Shown piece by piece: positions 36,378 through 45,154 of a DNA stretch of 64,000 bases (position 1 is its first letter; each line of letters opens with the position of its first letter). The notes below the pieces were generated by a model. That model ran no database searches. It was not told where the DNA came from and worked only from the letters and a program-made list of their open reading frames with translations. The DNA comes from an archaeon (lineage in GTDB: Archaea > Micrarchaeota > Micrarchaeia > Anstonellales > Anstonellaceae): the NCBI GenBank assembly GCA_020056635.1, contig JAGVHI010000003.1, positions 28,638-92,637 on the forward strand, read 5' to 3'. The position numbers were made by a program, and so were the translations under genes.

Positions 36378-36552
36378 TTGAGAACACCCTTTTCGAGTAG
36401 TTGATGTTTTTGTTTCCACTTCGCTCACCCCCATTGATTTTGTGCGATTGATGCTGTGCCTTGCGGTATTTATGGGTTGGTGACAAGGAAATTCCGATAG
36501 GAATCGGGAGGGCGGGCGATTATTATTTAAACCGCCCCTGCGTTAGGGCAGC

Positions 36553-37527
36553 ATGCGAGTGCTCTCTCTCGGAACTGGAAAAATCGATTACGACCTCCCA
36601 AAGAGGCTTTCTTGTACGTGGGTGAATTTTGAGGAGAGCGAAGGCGGGCCGCTTGCAAAGCTCGGGGTGCCGCAGGAGGTGTATAGGCGCAACTGCGCAA
36701 GGCAGTACCCACGGTACATTGAGTTTGAGAATTTTACCTCAGTCATACTTTTTGAAACCGCAACAGAGAGGAAATCAGGCCTGCACATATATGTGTTTTC
36801 TGACAGGATTGTGACTGTCAATGCACGGCACGTGATGGAGGATTTTCGACAGAACTTTTTTTTGGAGAAGAGGAGGGGCCCGGCTAGCGTGGGTGACTGC
36901 ATGCTTGCGCTCGTCTCATTCATTTTTGCGGCAAACAGCAAGGTGCTCATGAAATATGAGGAGGAAACGAGCAGGATTGAGGAGGCGATTTCAGGCGGCG
37001 GGAGGCTTGACATACACCATATATTCTCGCTTAAGCGCTCGATAAACTCGCTTTCGAAAAGGCTTTGGAGGGGCAGGGAAATCGTGTTTGACATGATGTA
37101 CGACAGGATGAAGTTCCTCGAGCTTTCAAAGGACGAAAAAATAAGGATGGATGAGATTTTCAACTCACTTCTCTTTGACATACACTCCTCGGAGCTGTTG
37201 CGCGAGATACTTACGGATTCGGTTGACGTATACCATACTATACTCTCGAACAGGATAAACGACACGATTAGGAGGCTTACTGTGGTGACAGTGGTGCTCA
37301 CTATAATTGCGACCATTTCCATGGTGCCGAACACGATTGCAACAATATTCGGAATACCGTACTTCCCGCTCAAGGCGGATGATGTGATTTTCCAGGTGTT
37401 CGGGCTGAGCATAATGCCTTGGGAGCTCATATTGCTGTTGATATTCTTCTTCTCCGTGGTTCCGGCAGCCTGGCTGTTTTTGTGGTGGCAGGGATTCAAG
37501 AAGGAAAGCGACCAGGCTCAAAAGTAA
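36553..37527 (+). CDS. CorA-family divalent cation transporter
   Basis: SNRINDTIRRLT..PNTIATIFGI (GMN-like position), two C-terminal TM helices. Confidence 0.8.
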   Translation: MRVLSLGTGKIDYDLPKRLSCTWVNFEESEGGPLAKLGVPQEVYRRNCARQYPRYIEFENFTSVILFETATERKSGLHIYVFSDRIVTVNARHVMEDFRQNFFLEKRRGPASVGDCMLALVSFIFAANSKVLMKYEEETSRIEEAISGGGRLDIHHIFSLKRSINSLSKRLWRGREIVFDMMYDRMKFLELSKDEKIRMDEIFNSLLFDIHSSELLREILTDSVDVYHTILSNRINDTIRRLTVVTVVLTIIATISMVPNTIATIFGIPYFPLKADDVIFQVFGLSIMPWELILLLIFFFSVVPAAWLFLWWQGFKKESDQAQK

Positions 37528-37546
37528 TTTAACCATTCGAGCGCAA

Positions 37547-38092
37547 ATGGGTGTTGGCGAGCAAATGGAGATAATCAGGATACCTTCCGAGCGGCTAGCC
37601 GTGCTCTTCGGCAAGGCAGGGGACACGCAAAAGCTATTGGAAGGCGCGTGCAAGGTGCTGCTTTCGGTTGACGAGGATGGGGCGGTGCAGATAGAGGGCG
37701 AGCCCGTGGACGAATATTTCTCAAAAGACGTGATAAGGGCGATTGGGAGGGGGTTTGAGCCCAATATTGCCCTGCTCCTGCTAAACGAGGAGTACGCCCT
37801 TAGGATTGTGAACCTTCGCGAGATGGGAAATGAGAACTGGATGCTGCGGCAGAAGGGGCGAGTAATCGGCGAGAAGGGAAGGACCAGGAAGATTATAGAG
37901 GAGATGAGCGAATCGCACATTTCAGTGTATGGGTACACCATTTCCGTGATTGCAAATCTTGGGACCATTGATATTGCGATGGAAGCAGTCTCGATGCTGC
38001 TGCAGGGGCACACGCACCCTGCAGTATATGCATATTTGGAAAAGCAGAAGCGGGAGATGAAGAAGAAGCGGGTGCTTGATTTTGTAGGATAG
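37547..38092 (+). CDS. KH-domain rRNA processing protein (Dim2/Pno1/Krr1-like)
   Basis: IRIPSERLAVLFG, RAIGRGF, GRVIGEKGRTR, G..HPAVYAYLE. Confidence 0.9.
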   Translation: MGVGEQMEIIRIPSERLAVLFGKAGDTQKLLEGACKVLLSVDEDGAVQIEGEPVDEYFSKDVIRAIGRGFEPNIALLLLNEEYALRIVNLREMGNENWMLRQKGRVIGEKGRTRKIIEEMSESHISVYGYTISVIANLGTIDIAMEAVSMLLQGHTHPAVYAYLEKQKREMKKKRVLDFVG

Positions 38093-38155
38093 CCATCTTT
38101 TACCCCGTATACAAACAAATAAATAGCCTGGAATGGATAATATGACCGAATAGCT

Positions 38156-39148
38156 ATGGCGATTATGCAGGCTGCGGGCAATACCAAAATGCACAACAGG
38201 CTAATTAGGCCTGGCATGCTTCTTATTCCAGCAGCAGTTGCGCTTGGGGTTCTAATGCGTTTTGCGCCAGGGCTTGCCTCGCCTACGCCGCAGGAAGTGT
38301 TTAGCGCATGGAAAAGCGGGCAGCATGGCACAAAAAGCGGACTTGTTTTGCCTGCAATGGAAAATGTGAATCATGCCCAATTGGCGCAGCGCGAAATTAT
38401 GAAACTAAAGCCTATGGTTGAAACACAGGGGGTTATTGCACGTGGCAGGGAAGCAAAACCGTTGCGACCCGGGCAAAGCGCGATTGCAAGGAACAGGAAT
38501 GAGGAGCCATCTCCGCCTTTGCCTTTTGACAGCCTTGTGACCAGTATGCAGGATTATTTGGTTTATTTCCAGCCGGATGTAGTGATACCCATACTCCACA
38601 ACGGAAGTTACGTATATATCCATGCGGAACGGTTTGCGGATGATGCAAATTCGGCAATCAGGTACAGCACGGTTGTGATGCAGCGGGATTCCACAAGCCC
38701 GTCTGAGCAGCTGACGCTGCAGGAGTGCATCCAGGTGCTCGGGAATGTCGGGGGCATACTTGTGATACCGAACCGGAACATGTCTTATGCTGACACGAGC
38801 TTTGCGAATGAGGTGCGAAGGGTAGGGACACTTATTTCGTGGCACGTGCCAGACAATGCAGGGGAGCCGCCGCAGGTTCCAATCAACCCGAACCTCACCC
38901 TTAGTTCGTACCCGAACCCGTTCAACAATTCAACAACTTTCAAATTCGAGCTTGCGCAGGAGGCTGCAGTGAAGCTTACTGTGCATGATTTGCTCGGGAG
39001 AACGGTTGCAAAAATCGTGGATGGCAGGATGGCGCCCGGGGAGCACGAGGTGCCGTGGGACGCACGGGAGTTCGCGACCGGAACTTACATTGCGGTATTG
39101 AATTTAGGCGGGCAGAGGGCGGTCTGGAGAATCAAGCTTGTGAAGTGA
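38156..39148 (+). CDS. Exported protein with C-terminal T9SS/Por-sorting (FlgD-Ig-like) domain
   Basis: C-terminus YPNPFN.STT..F.L.....V.L.V.DLLGR.V..I.DG....G.H...WDA.....G.Y. Confidence 0.8.
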   Translation: MAIMQAAGNTKMHNRLIRPGMLLIPAAVALGVLMRFAPGLASPTPQEVFSAWKSGQHGTKSGLVLPAMENVNHAQLAQREIMKLKPMVETQGVIARGREAKPLRPGQSAIARNRNEEPSPPLPFDSLVTSMQDYLVYFQPDVVIPILHNGSYVYIHAERFADDANSAIRYSTVVMQRDSTSPSEQLTLQECIQVLGNVGGILVIPNRNMSYADTSFANEVRRVGTLISWHVPDNAGEPPQVPINPNLTLSSYPNPFNNSTTFKFELAQEAAVKLTVHDLLGRTVAKIVDGRMAPGEHEVPWDAREFATGTYIAVLNLGGQRAVWRIKLVK

Positions 39149-39160
39149 GGTGGGGTTGGA

Positions 39161-41728
39161 ATGGAAAATAAGGCCTTTGCGGCAATAGCCATGATATCTT
39201 TGCTCGGAATGATTGCTGCGCAGGATGCGGGATTGCAGGCGGGGACAAGCGCGGTTGAAGGCTCATATGCAAAATGGATTGGTAATGTACGCAGTGCCGA
39301 GGCTGTACATGCGTCAGAGAATGAAGTGATGCAAGAGATAGTACGGCAGGAGGCCGCTCCTGCTGTCGGGAGCTGGGAAACGTATTTTGTCGTTGCGATT
39401 GCAAAGGGAAACATAGGCGTATGGATAGAGGGGGGCGGCGATGGAAAGGTTGCGCCTGTTTCGAATCTGGTTGAGCGGCCGGAGCTCACCGAAGAAGAGG
39501 AGCAGGAGCTTTTCAGCCTCATAATAGAGCATGGCGGCGAGCCTGCAGGCAAATTCGAAGCGCTTCCTGCAGTCTATTATGCAAGGTTCAAACGCAGCAG
39601 GGATGCGCAGACGCTTTCGCAAGAGCCCATGGTGCATGGAGTGTACCCGATCCATTCCTATCGGCCGCTCCTTTACCAGAGCAGGGCTGCGGTGGGCGCG
39701 GATTTGGCAAATGCCCAGTTCAATTCAGGGGGAGGGGTGAAAGTCGCAGTAATTGACACCGGAGTTGATTACTCAAACCCGAACTTTCGGGACCCCATGT
39801 ACATAGGAGGGGGAGGCAGGGCGGATGAAGGGGCATACTTCGGCGGTGAGCCTTATGGGGACGTTTGGCAGGATTTCCTTTTCATGAACCCGTGGGAGAG
39901 GGTGCGGGACATTCCGTTTAGGATTCCGGAGGGGTATTCGGAGCCGCTTTTTGCAAACATGATTTTCGTGGACTATTTTTCCTACCCGAATGCAAGCACG
40001 CAGGGAGGGGCGCAAAACATTACAGGCCCTGATTTTGACCTTTACCTGTACCGGCCCAGTGAATATGAGCATAACCTCGACAGCCTTGAGCTGCTTGCGT
40101 CTTCGGAGCGCGGGGGCTGGAGGAATTTCACTGAGGAGATGTATGTGCCGCAAATCGACCCCGGGCAGTACATTCTAAGGATAGAGCGAAAAAGCGATAC
40201 TGCTGGGTATTATAGGAGGTTTGATACTGGCCTAAATTCGATTGTGAACGAGCCAGCCCGCATTTCGGTTGCAATAGGAAGCAAGCCCAGGTTCATCATC
40301 GGGAGTGTGTATGCGAATACCAGCGAAAGGCCGAATGGGGCGATAGAGTCGAATGCTGGCTATCGGCTCGGGAGGTTCTCGTACAGAGGGGTTGAATACA
40401 ACTTCACGCTTAGCGACACAGTGGCAGGGGACGGGCAGTTTTACTATGGTTATGATGCGCTCTCGGCAGATATGAATGGCGATGGGAATTACTCGGATTT
40501 CCAGTTTCGGGTGAACCGGAGCAATTATGTGAATGGGCTGGGGGAGAGTTTCAGGTCTGACAACCTTAGGGGGTTTGAAACTGCGGATGCATACCGCCCC
40601 GGGGGCGTTAACCTGATTGCAAACAGCAGGCTTTTCCCTGCGGAGAATTTCACGCTTGGGATAATACTCTCGTCCGAAATCGACCAGACTTACCAGGGCG
40701 GGAACACTCCGGCAGATTCTGTCCTTTTCAATGGGAACAAGGTGCTTTTCTCCCAAACGCTGCTTGATTTCTCTTACCGCTATCCGCCAACGTTTACGCT
40801 AAAGGAGCCAGCTGACATAAGCGGGCACGGGACGCACGTTGCAGGGATACTTGCATCAGAAGGGAACCTTATGGGAATAGCACCAAAAGTGCGGGTTTAT
40901 AATGCAAAGGTATTCGGCGGGTACGCGCAGGGGCAGGGAAACGACATAGCGCTGCCTGTTTGCTTCCGGCATGTGCAAAACCAGCCAGACAGCAAGATGT
41001 ACTGCCATGGGGTGCCGCTTGCGTTTGAGGATAATGTGATTGCGGCAATGGAGGGCGCGAGGGCGAGCGGCGCAAGGGTGGTGAGCCTGAGCATAGGGAA
41101 CCGGACTGCGAATTGCAGCGATAGCCTGCTTGTAGAGCTCATAGGCAACTTTTCCAACATCTACAATATCATAGTAGTTGCTGCTGCAGGGAACGATGGG
41201 AGCTTGGCAGGCACTATACACACTCCCGGATGCGCGCAGGATGCGATTACAGTAGGGGCAACAGGCAGGGACGGGCAGGTTGCAGGCTATAGCTCAAGGG
41301 GGCCGACAGACTATGGGGCAGTGAAGCCCGATTTGGTCGCGCCAGGGGGGGACCGCGGCCTGATGCAGCCTTATGTGATTGATGGGGTCACTTACGGAAT
41401 CATGAACCCGAACGGGATTGCGGCAACCAAAAGCAGGGAAGGGATGATTTCGCTTGCGTATTTCGCGAACTATAGCAATAGCATGAACCAGCGCATGACA
41501 GGAACAAGCATGTCTGTGCCGCATGTGAGCGGCACGGTTGCGATGATGCTGCACGAGAACCCAAGCCTTACGCCTGCGCAGATAAAGCAGATGCTCATGT
41601 CTGCTGCGACCAATTTGAGCGCCGACCCAAACGCACAGGGGGCAGGGATGCTAAACGCGTATGAGGCGGTGAGGGCGGCGCATGAGATGGGAAGGACTGG
41701 CAATCCAGTTTACGAGGAGCACAGCTGA
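39161..41728 (+). CDS. Secreted subtilisin-like S8 serine protease with a large insertion in the catalytic domain
   Basis: VAVIDTGVD, GHGTHVAGI, AAAGNDG, YSSRGP, KPDLVAPG, GTSMSVPHVSG. Confidence 0.93.
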   Translation: MENKAFAAIAMISLLGMIAAQDAGLQAGTSAVEGSYAKWIGNVRSAEAVHASENEVMQEIVRQEAAPAVGSWETYFVVAIAKGNIGVWIEGGGDGKVAPVSNLVERPELTEEEEQELFSLIIEHGGEPAGKFEALPAVYYARFKRSRDAQTLSQEPMVHGVYPIHSYRPLLYQSRAAVGADLANAQFNSGGGVKVAVIDTGVDYSNPNFRDPMYIGGGGRADEGAYFGGEPYGDVWQDFLFMNPWERVRDIPFRIPEGYSEPLFANMIFVDYFSYPNASTQGGAQNITGPDFDLYLYRPSEYEHNLDSLELLASSERGGWRNFTEEMYVPQIDPGQYILRIERKSDTAGYYRRFDTGLNSIVNEPARISVAIGSKPRFIIGSVYANTSERPNGAIESNAGYRLGRFSYRGVEYNFTLSDTVAGDGQFYYGYDALSADMNGDGNYSDFQFRVNRSNYVNGLGESFRSDNLRGFETADAYRPGGVNLIANSRLFPAENFTLGIILSSEIDQTYQGGNTPADSVLFNGNKVLFSQTLLDFSYRYPPTFTLKEPADISGHGTHVAGILASEGNLMGIAPKVRVYNAKVFGGYAQGQGNDIALPVCFRHVQNQPDSKMYCHGVPLAFEDNVIAAMEGARASGARVVSLSIGNRTANCSDSLLVELIGNFSNIYNIIVVAAAGNDGSLAGTIHTPGCAQDAITVGATGRDGQVAGYSSRGPTDYGAVKPDLVAPGGDRGLMQPYVIDGVTYGIMNPNGIAATKSREGMISLAYFANYSNSMNQRMTGTSMSVPHVSGTVAMMLHENPSLTPAQIKQMLMSAATNLSADPNAQGAGMLNAYEAVRAAHEMGRTGNPVYEEHS

Positions 41729-41785
41729 AAGCCAAGTGCGGGCACTTCGCAACTGTTAATAAGTTTCGGCAGCGCAAGCAAGAAC

Positions 41786-42028
41786 ATGGAAACGGAAACG
41801 CTTGGGATAATTGGGATGGCGTTCGTCGGGCTTGCAATCGCGTTTGAGACTTACCAGAATTTCAGGGAAAAAAAGAAGCCGGATTTGAGGTTTGCGGCAT
41901 TCTACTTCTTTGGAAGCGCATTCCTTTCCTATTACGCGTATGGGATGGGCGAGTGGATTTTTTTTGCGCTAAACGCGTTCACCGCGCTGCTTGCGCTTGT
42001 GAATGTTTACCAGCATGTGAGGAATTAG
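41786..42028 (+). CDS. Small 3-TM membrane protein (PQ-loop/SemiSWEET-like)
   Basis: 80 aa, three hydrophobic helices, LGIIG...F..LN pattern. Confidence 0.6.
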   Translation: METETLGIIGMAFVGLAIAFETYQNFREKKKPDLRFAAFYFFGSAFLSYYAYGMGEWIFFALNAFTALLALVNVYQHVRN

Positions 42029-42048
42029 GCAAAAATCCGTTGGCGTGG

Positions 42049-42118
42049 GGGCGCGCACCATGGCTTGCGAGCGGCAAGGCTTGGGAATGAGCATCAGCCT
42101 GCGAGTGGCACCGCGCCC
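42049..42118 (-). ncRNA. Candidate small structured RNA
   Basis: Closed by GGGCGCG/CGCGCCC; begins about 20-25 nt downstream of an AATATAAA box on the minus strand. Confidence 0.3.
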
Positions 42119-42172
42119 GTGAAGGCAGGCTCTTGCTTTATATTTTTTCTGCGGATAATTGGTTCGACCAGT

Positions 42173-42275
42173 CACATGAGGTGGCAAACCCCTCTGAGGG
42201 GCATGCCAGCCGTGTGAGAATTGGCGGGCGTAGCCTCACCAGCAACTGAAATTGCTGGCATGGCCACCTCGTGTG
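42173..42275 (+). ncRNA. Candidate structured RNA or 5' leader of top6B
   Basis: 13-bp stem 42173-42185/42263-42275 plus 9-bp stem 42202-42210/42254-42262, downstream of a TTTATA box. Confidence 0.5.
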
Positions 42276-42300
42276 TGAACAGCTTGCAGGGTTGTTTCTT

Positions 42301-43938
42301 ATGGCTAGCGAAACCGACAAAATATTCTCCGAGTTCAAGGAGCACTCAGTTGCGGAGTTTTTCAAGAAGAACAGGCAGATGCTTGGCTTCTCTGGAAAAG
42401 TGCGCTCGCTCACCACCATTGTGCACGAGTATGTGACTAACTCCCTTGATGCGTGCGAGGAGGCAGGGATGCTGCCAGACATAACTGTCGAGATAAAGGA
42501 GCTGGACAAGGAGAAGTATTGGGTGCGGTGCAGCGACAACGGGCCTGGAATACCGCAGAAGCACCTGGGGAAAGCCCTGGGCATGATGCTTGCAGGAACC
42601 AAGTTCCACAGGTACGTGCAGCAGAGGGGGCAGCAGGGGATTGGCGCATCCGGAAACACGATGTTTTCGCAGGTGACTACAGGAAAGCCGGTGAAATTCG
42701 AATCGTATTATGACAAGAAAAAAGTGGCAGGCGAGCTTGCAGTTGATTTCAAGCAGAACCGGCCAGTGATAACGAACGAAACGGTTGAGGAAACGGACGG
42801 GAGCAGGCACGGGTTGGTAGTGGAAGGCGAGTTTGCAGAAGTGAAGTATGACAGGAGCTCGTTCTCGGTGTTTGAATACATAAAGAGGACCGCGCTTGTG
42901 AACCCGCACGCGATGATTGCCCTTGTGGAGCCGACCGGGGAGAGGCTGACGTTCCCGCGCTCAATCGAAACTATCCCACCGCGGCCTAGGCAGATTAGGC
43001 CGCACCCGCTTGGGATTGGCACGAACGATTTGATGGAGTTTGCGCGCGCTGAGCGGGAGAGCAGGAAAACAAGCAGCTTCCTGCAGGCAACTTTTTCGCG
43101 GATGTCCGCTGCGAAAACGGACGAGCTTGCACAAATGTGCCCTGAGGTGGATTTTGAGAAGAGCCCGAAGAACCTCACATGGGATGATTGCGAGAAAATC
43201 ACGAAAGCGATACATTCAGATCAGGTGAAGTGGATTGCGCCAGAAACTGATGCGATTGTGCCAATAGGCCAGCCGCAGATTGAGAAATCTCTCCAGAGCA
43301 TACTTGCGCCCCAGTTCATGGCTGTGACTGAGCGCAAGCCAAAAATATACCGCGGAGGGGTGCCGTTCGTGGTGGAGGCTGCGCTTGCCTGGGGCGGAAA
43401 TGCGGGGAAGAAAGCAGTGTCGGGGTATAACTCGGATATAATGAGGTTTGCGAACAGGGCTCCGCTGCTTTTTGATGCGGGCGGGTGCGCGATTACTGAG
43501 GCGGTAAAGAGCGTTGAATGGAAAAGGTATGGGATAAAGGATTTTGAGAATGAGCAGATTACCGTGCTTGTGAACATGTCATCAGTGCATGTCCCTTATA
43601 CAGGGGCCGGGAAGCAGGCGATTGCGACAGAAGATGAGATTATGGATGAGGTCAAGAACGCGGTTATGGAGGCTGCGAGGGATTTGCAGCGGTATTTGCA
43701 CGGAGTGACCCGGGACAGGGTGCGGGTAGAGAGGAAAAAAGCGATTATGAGGTATGTGACGCAGCTTGCCGCGGATTTGGCAGAGCTGTCTGGCGGCAAG
43801 ATAAAAGCAGAGGAGCTGGAAAAGAAATTGCTGCACCTGATTGAGAACAAGTATTCGAATGCGATTGAGGAAGATGATTCAGGGGATGGGAATATAGAGG
43901 AGGAAATCTCTTCGCAGGAAGAGGAAGTGAACGAATAA
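42301..43938 (+). CDS. top6B: DNA topoisomerase VI subunit B
   Basis: SVAEFFKKNRQMLGF, EYVTNSLDACE, DNGPGI, RGQQGIG, RFANRAPLL. Confidence 0.97.
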   Translation: MASETDKIFSEFKEHSVAEFFKKNRQMLGFSGKVRSLTTIVHEYVTNSLDACEEAGMLPDITVEIKELDKEKYWVRCSDNGPGIPQKHLGKALGMMLAGTKFHRYVQQRGQQGIGASGNTMFSQVTTGKPVKFESYYDKKKVAGELAVDFKQNRPVITNETVEETDGSRHGLVVEGEFAEVKYDRSSFSVFEYIKRTALVNPHAMIALVEPTGERLTFPRSIETIPPRPRQIRPHPLGIGTNDLMEFARAERESRKTSSFLQATFSRMSAAKTDELAQMCPEVDFEKSPKNLTWDDCEKITKAIHSDQVKWIAPETDAIVPIGQPQIEKSLQSILAPQFMAVTERKPKIYRGGVPFVVEAALAWGGNAGKKAVSGYNSDIMRFANRAPLLFDAGGCAITEAVKSVEWKRYGIKDFENEQITVLVNMSSVHVPYTGAGKQAIATEDEIMDEVKNAVMEAARDLQRYLHGVTRDRVRVERKKAIMRYVTQLAADLAELSGGKIKAEELEKKLLHLIENKYSNAIEEDDSGDGNIEEEISSQEEEVNE

Positions 43939-43974
43939 TAATGGCTGGCGGAGAAGGAATGGCGGGCGATAGCG

Positions 43975-45108
43975 ATGGCTGAGGGAAAAAGGGGAAAAGT
44001 TGGTTCAATGGCTGGTGAAGAAAAGGTAGTCAAAAAGCTTGAGGATTTCGGGCTGAGCATGATAAGCGAGGTCCAAAAAGAGATTTCCCCCACTTTCAAG
44101 ACAACTGCCAGGACAAAGAGCAATGTGTTCTTTGACGAGGGGCTAGGCTACATCAGGCTGGGGGACAAGATTGAGGAGCGCACTTTCATCAATGTGGGGC
44201 AGGCGCGAAAGTTCATGCAAACCATTGCGATTGCGAACAAGTGCAAGAAATTCCTCAAAGAGAGGTCGCACACAAGCATAAGGGGCCTTTATTACCAGCT
44301 CAAATTCTCCTTAGGGGATACATTGGATGAGGACATGTTCGCCGAGCAGTCTGAGAGCAACCCATTGGTGGAGGATTTGGAAGTTGCGCTTAATGTGAAG
44401 AGGGAGGACTTGAATTTGAATACGGATAGGAAGGGAGTGGTTGCAGGCGGGCTTGTGCTAAATGACAAGTTCGGCGGGGATGAGACCACGATTGACTGCA
44501 GTAAGCAGGGCAGGTCAGGCTGGATGATTCCCTCGGATGTTGATAACGGGATGGATTTTGTGAACGTTGATGCGGATTACGTGCTTGTAGTGGAAAAGGA
44601 TGCGATGTGGCAGAGGCTGAACGAGGACAAGTTCTGGAAAAAGGAGAATTGCATACTTATTACTCCAAAGGGGCAGTCGTCTAGAGGCTGCAGGCGGCTG
44701 ATTCGGAAACTTGCGGACAGGAAATTGCCTGTTTATTGCTTCACAGACTGCGATGCATGGGGCTGGTACATTTACTGGGCGATTAAAACAGGGAGCATAA
44801 ACCTTGCATACCTTGCGAATGATATTGCGATTCCTGAGGCGAAATTCGTGGGAGTGACAATGAGGGACATAAAGGACTATGAGTTCCTTGGGAAATTGAC
44901 AATCAATGCAAAGGATGTGGACATTAAGCGCGCTGAGGAGATGCTCGCGTATGACTGGATTTCGCGCAATAAGGACTGGGTGGAGGAATTGAAAACGGTG
45001 CTTAAGACAAAGAAGAAGATTGAGCAGGATGCGCTGCAGGGGCCGAGGCTGTCGTTCGTTGGGGACTACCTGCGCGAGAAGATTGCAAAAAAGAAGTTCC
45101 TTTCCTAA
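43975..45108 (+). CDS. top6A: DNA topoisomerase VI subunit A (start may be 44008)
   Basis: SIRGLYY (catalytic Tyr), VLVVEKDA, FTDCDAWG, KIEQDAL. Confidence 0.95.
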   Translation: MAEGKRGKVGSMAGEEKVVKKLEDFGLSMISEVQKEISPTFKTTARTKSNVFFDEGLGYIRLGDKIEERTFINVGQARKFMQTIAIANKCKKFLKERSHTSIRGLYYQLKFSLGDTLDEDMFAEQSESNPLVEDLEVALNVKREDLNLNTDRKGVVAGGLVLNDKFGGDETTIDCSKQGRSGWMIPSDVDNGMDFVNVDADYVLVVEKDAMWQRLNEDKFWKKENCILITPKGQSSRGCRRLIRKLADRKLPVYCFTDCDAWGWYIYWAIKTGSINLAYLANDIAIPEAKFVGVTMRDIKDYEFLGKLTINAKDVDIKRAEEMLAYDWISRNKDWVEELKTVLKTKKKIEQDALQGPRLSFVGDYLREKIAKKKFLS

Positions 45109-45154
45109 AGCCGCTTAGGCTTGCCTTTTTATTCTATGTTGAAGTACTACTTTC

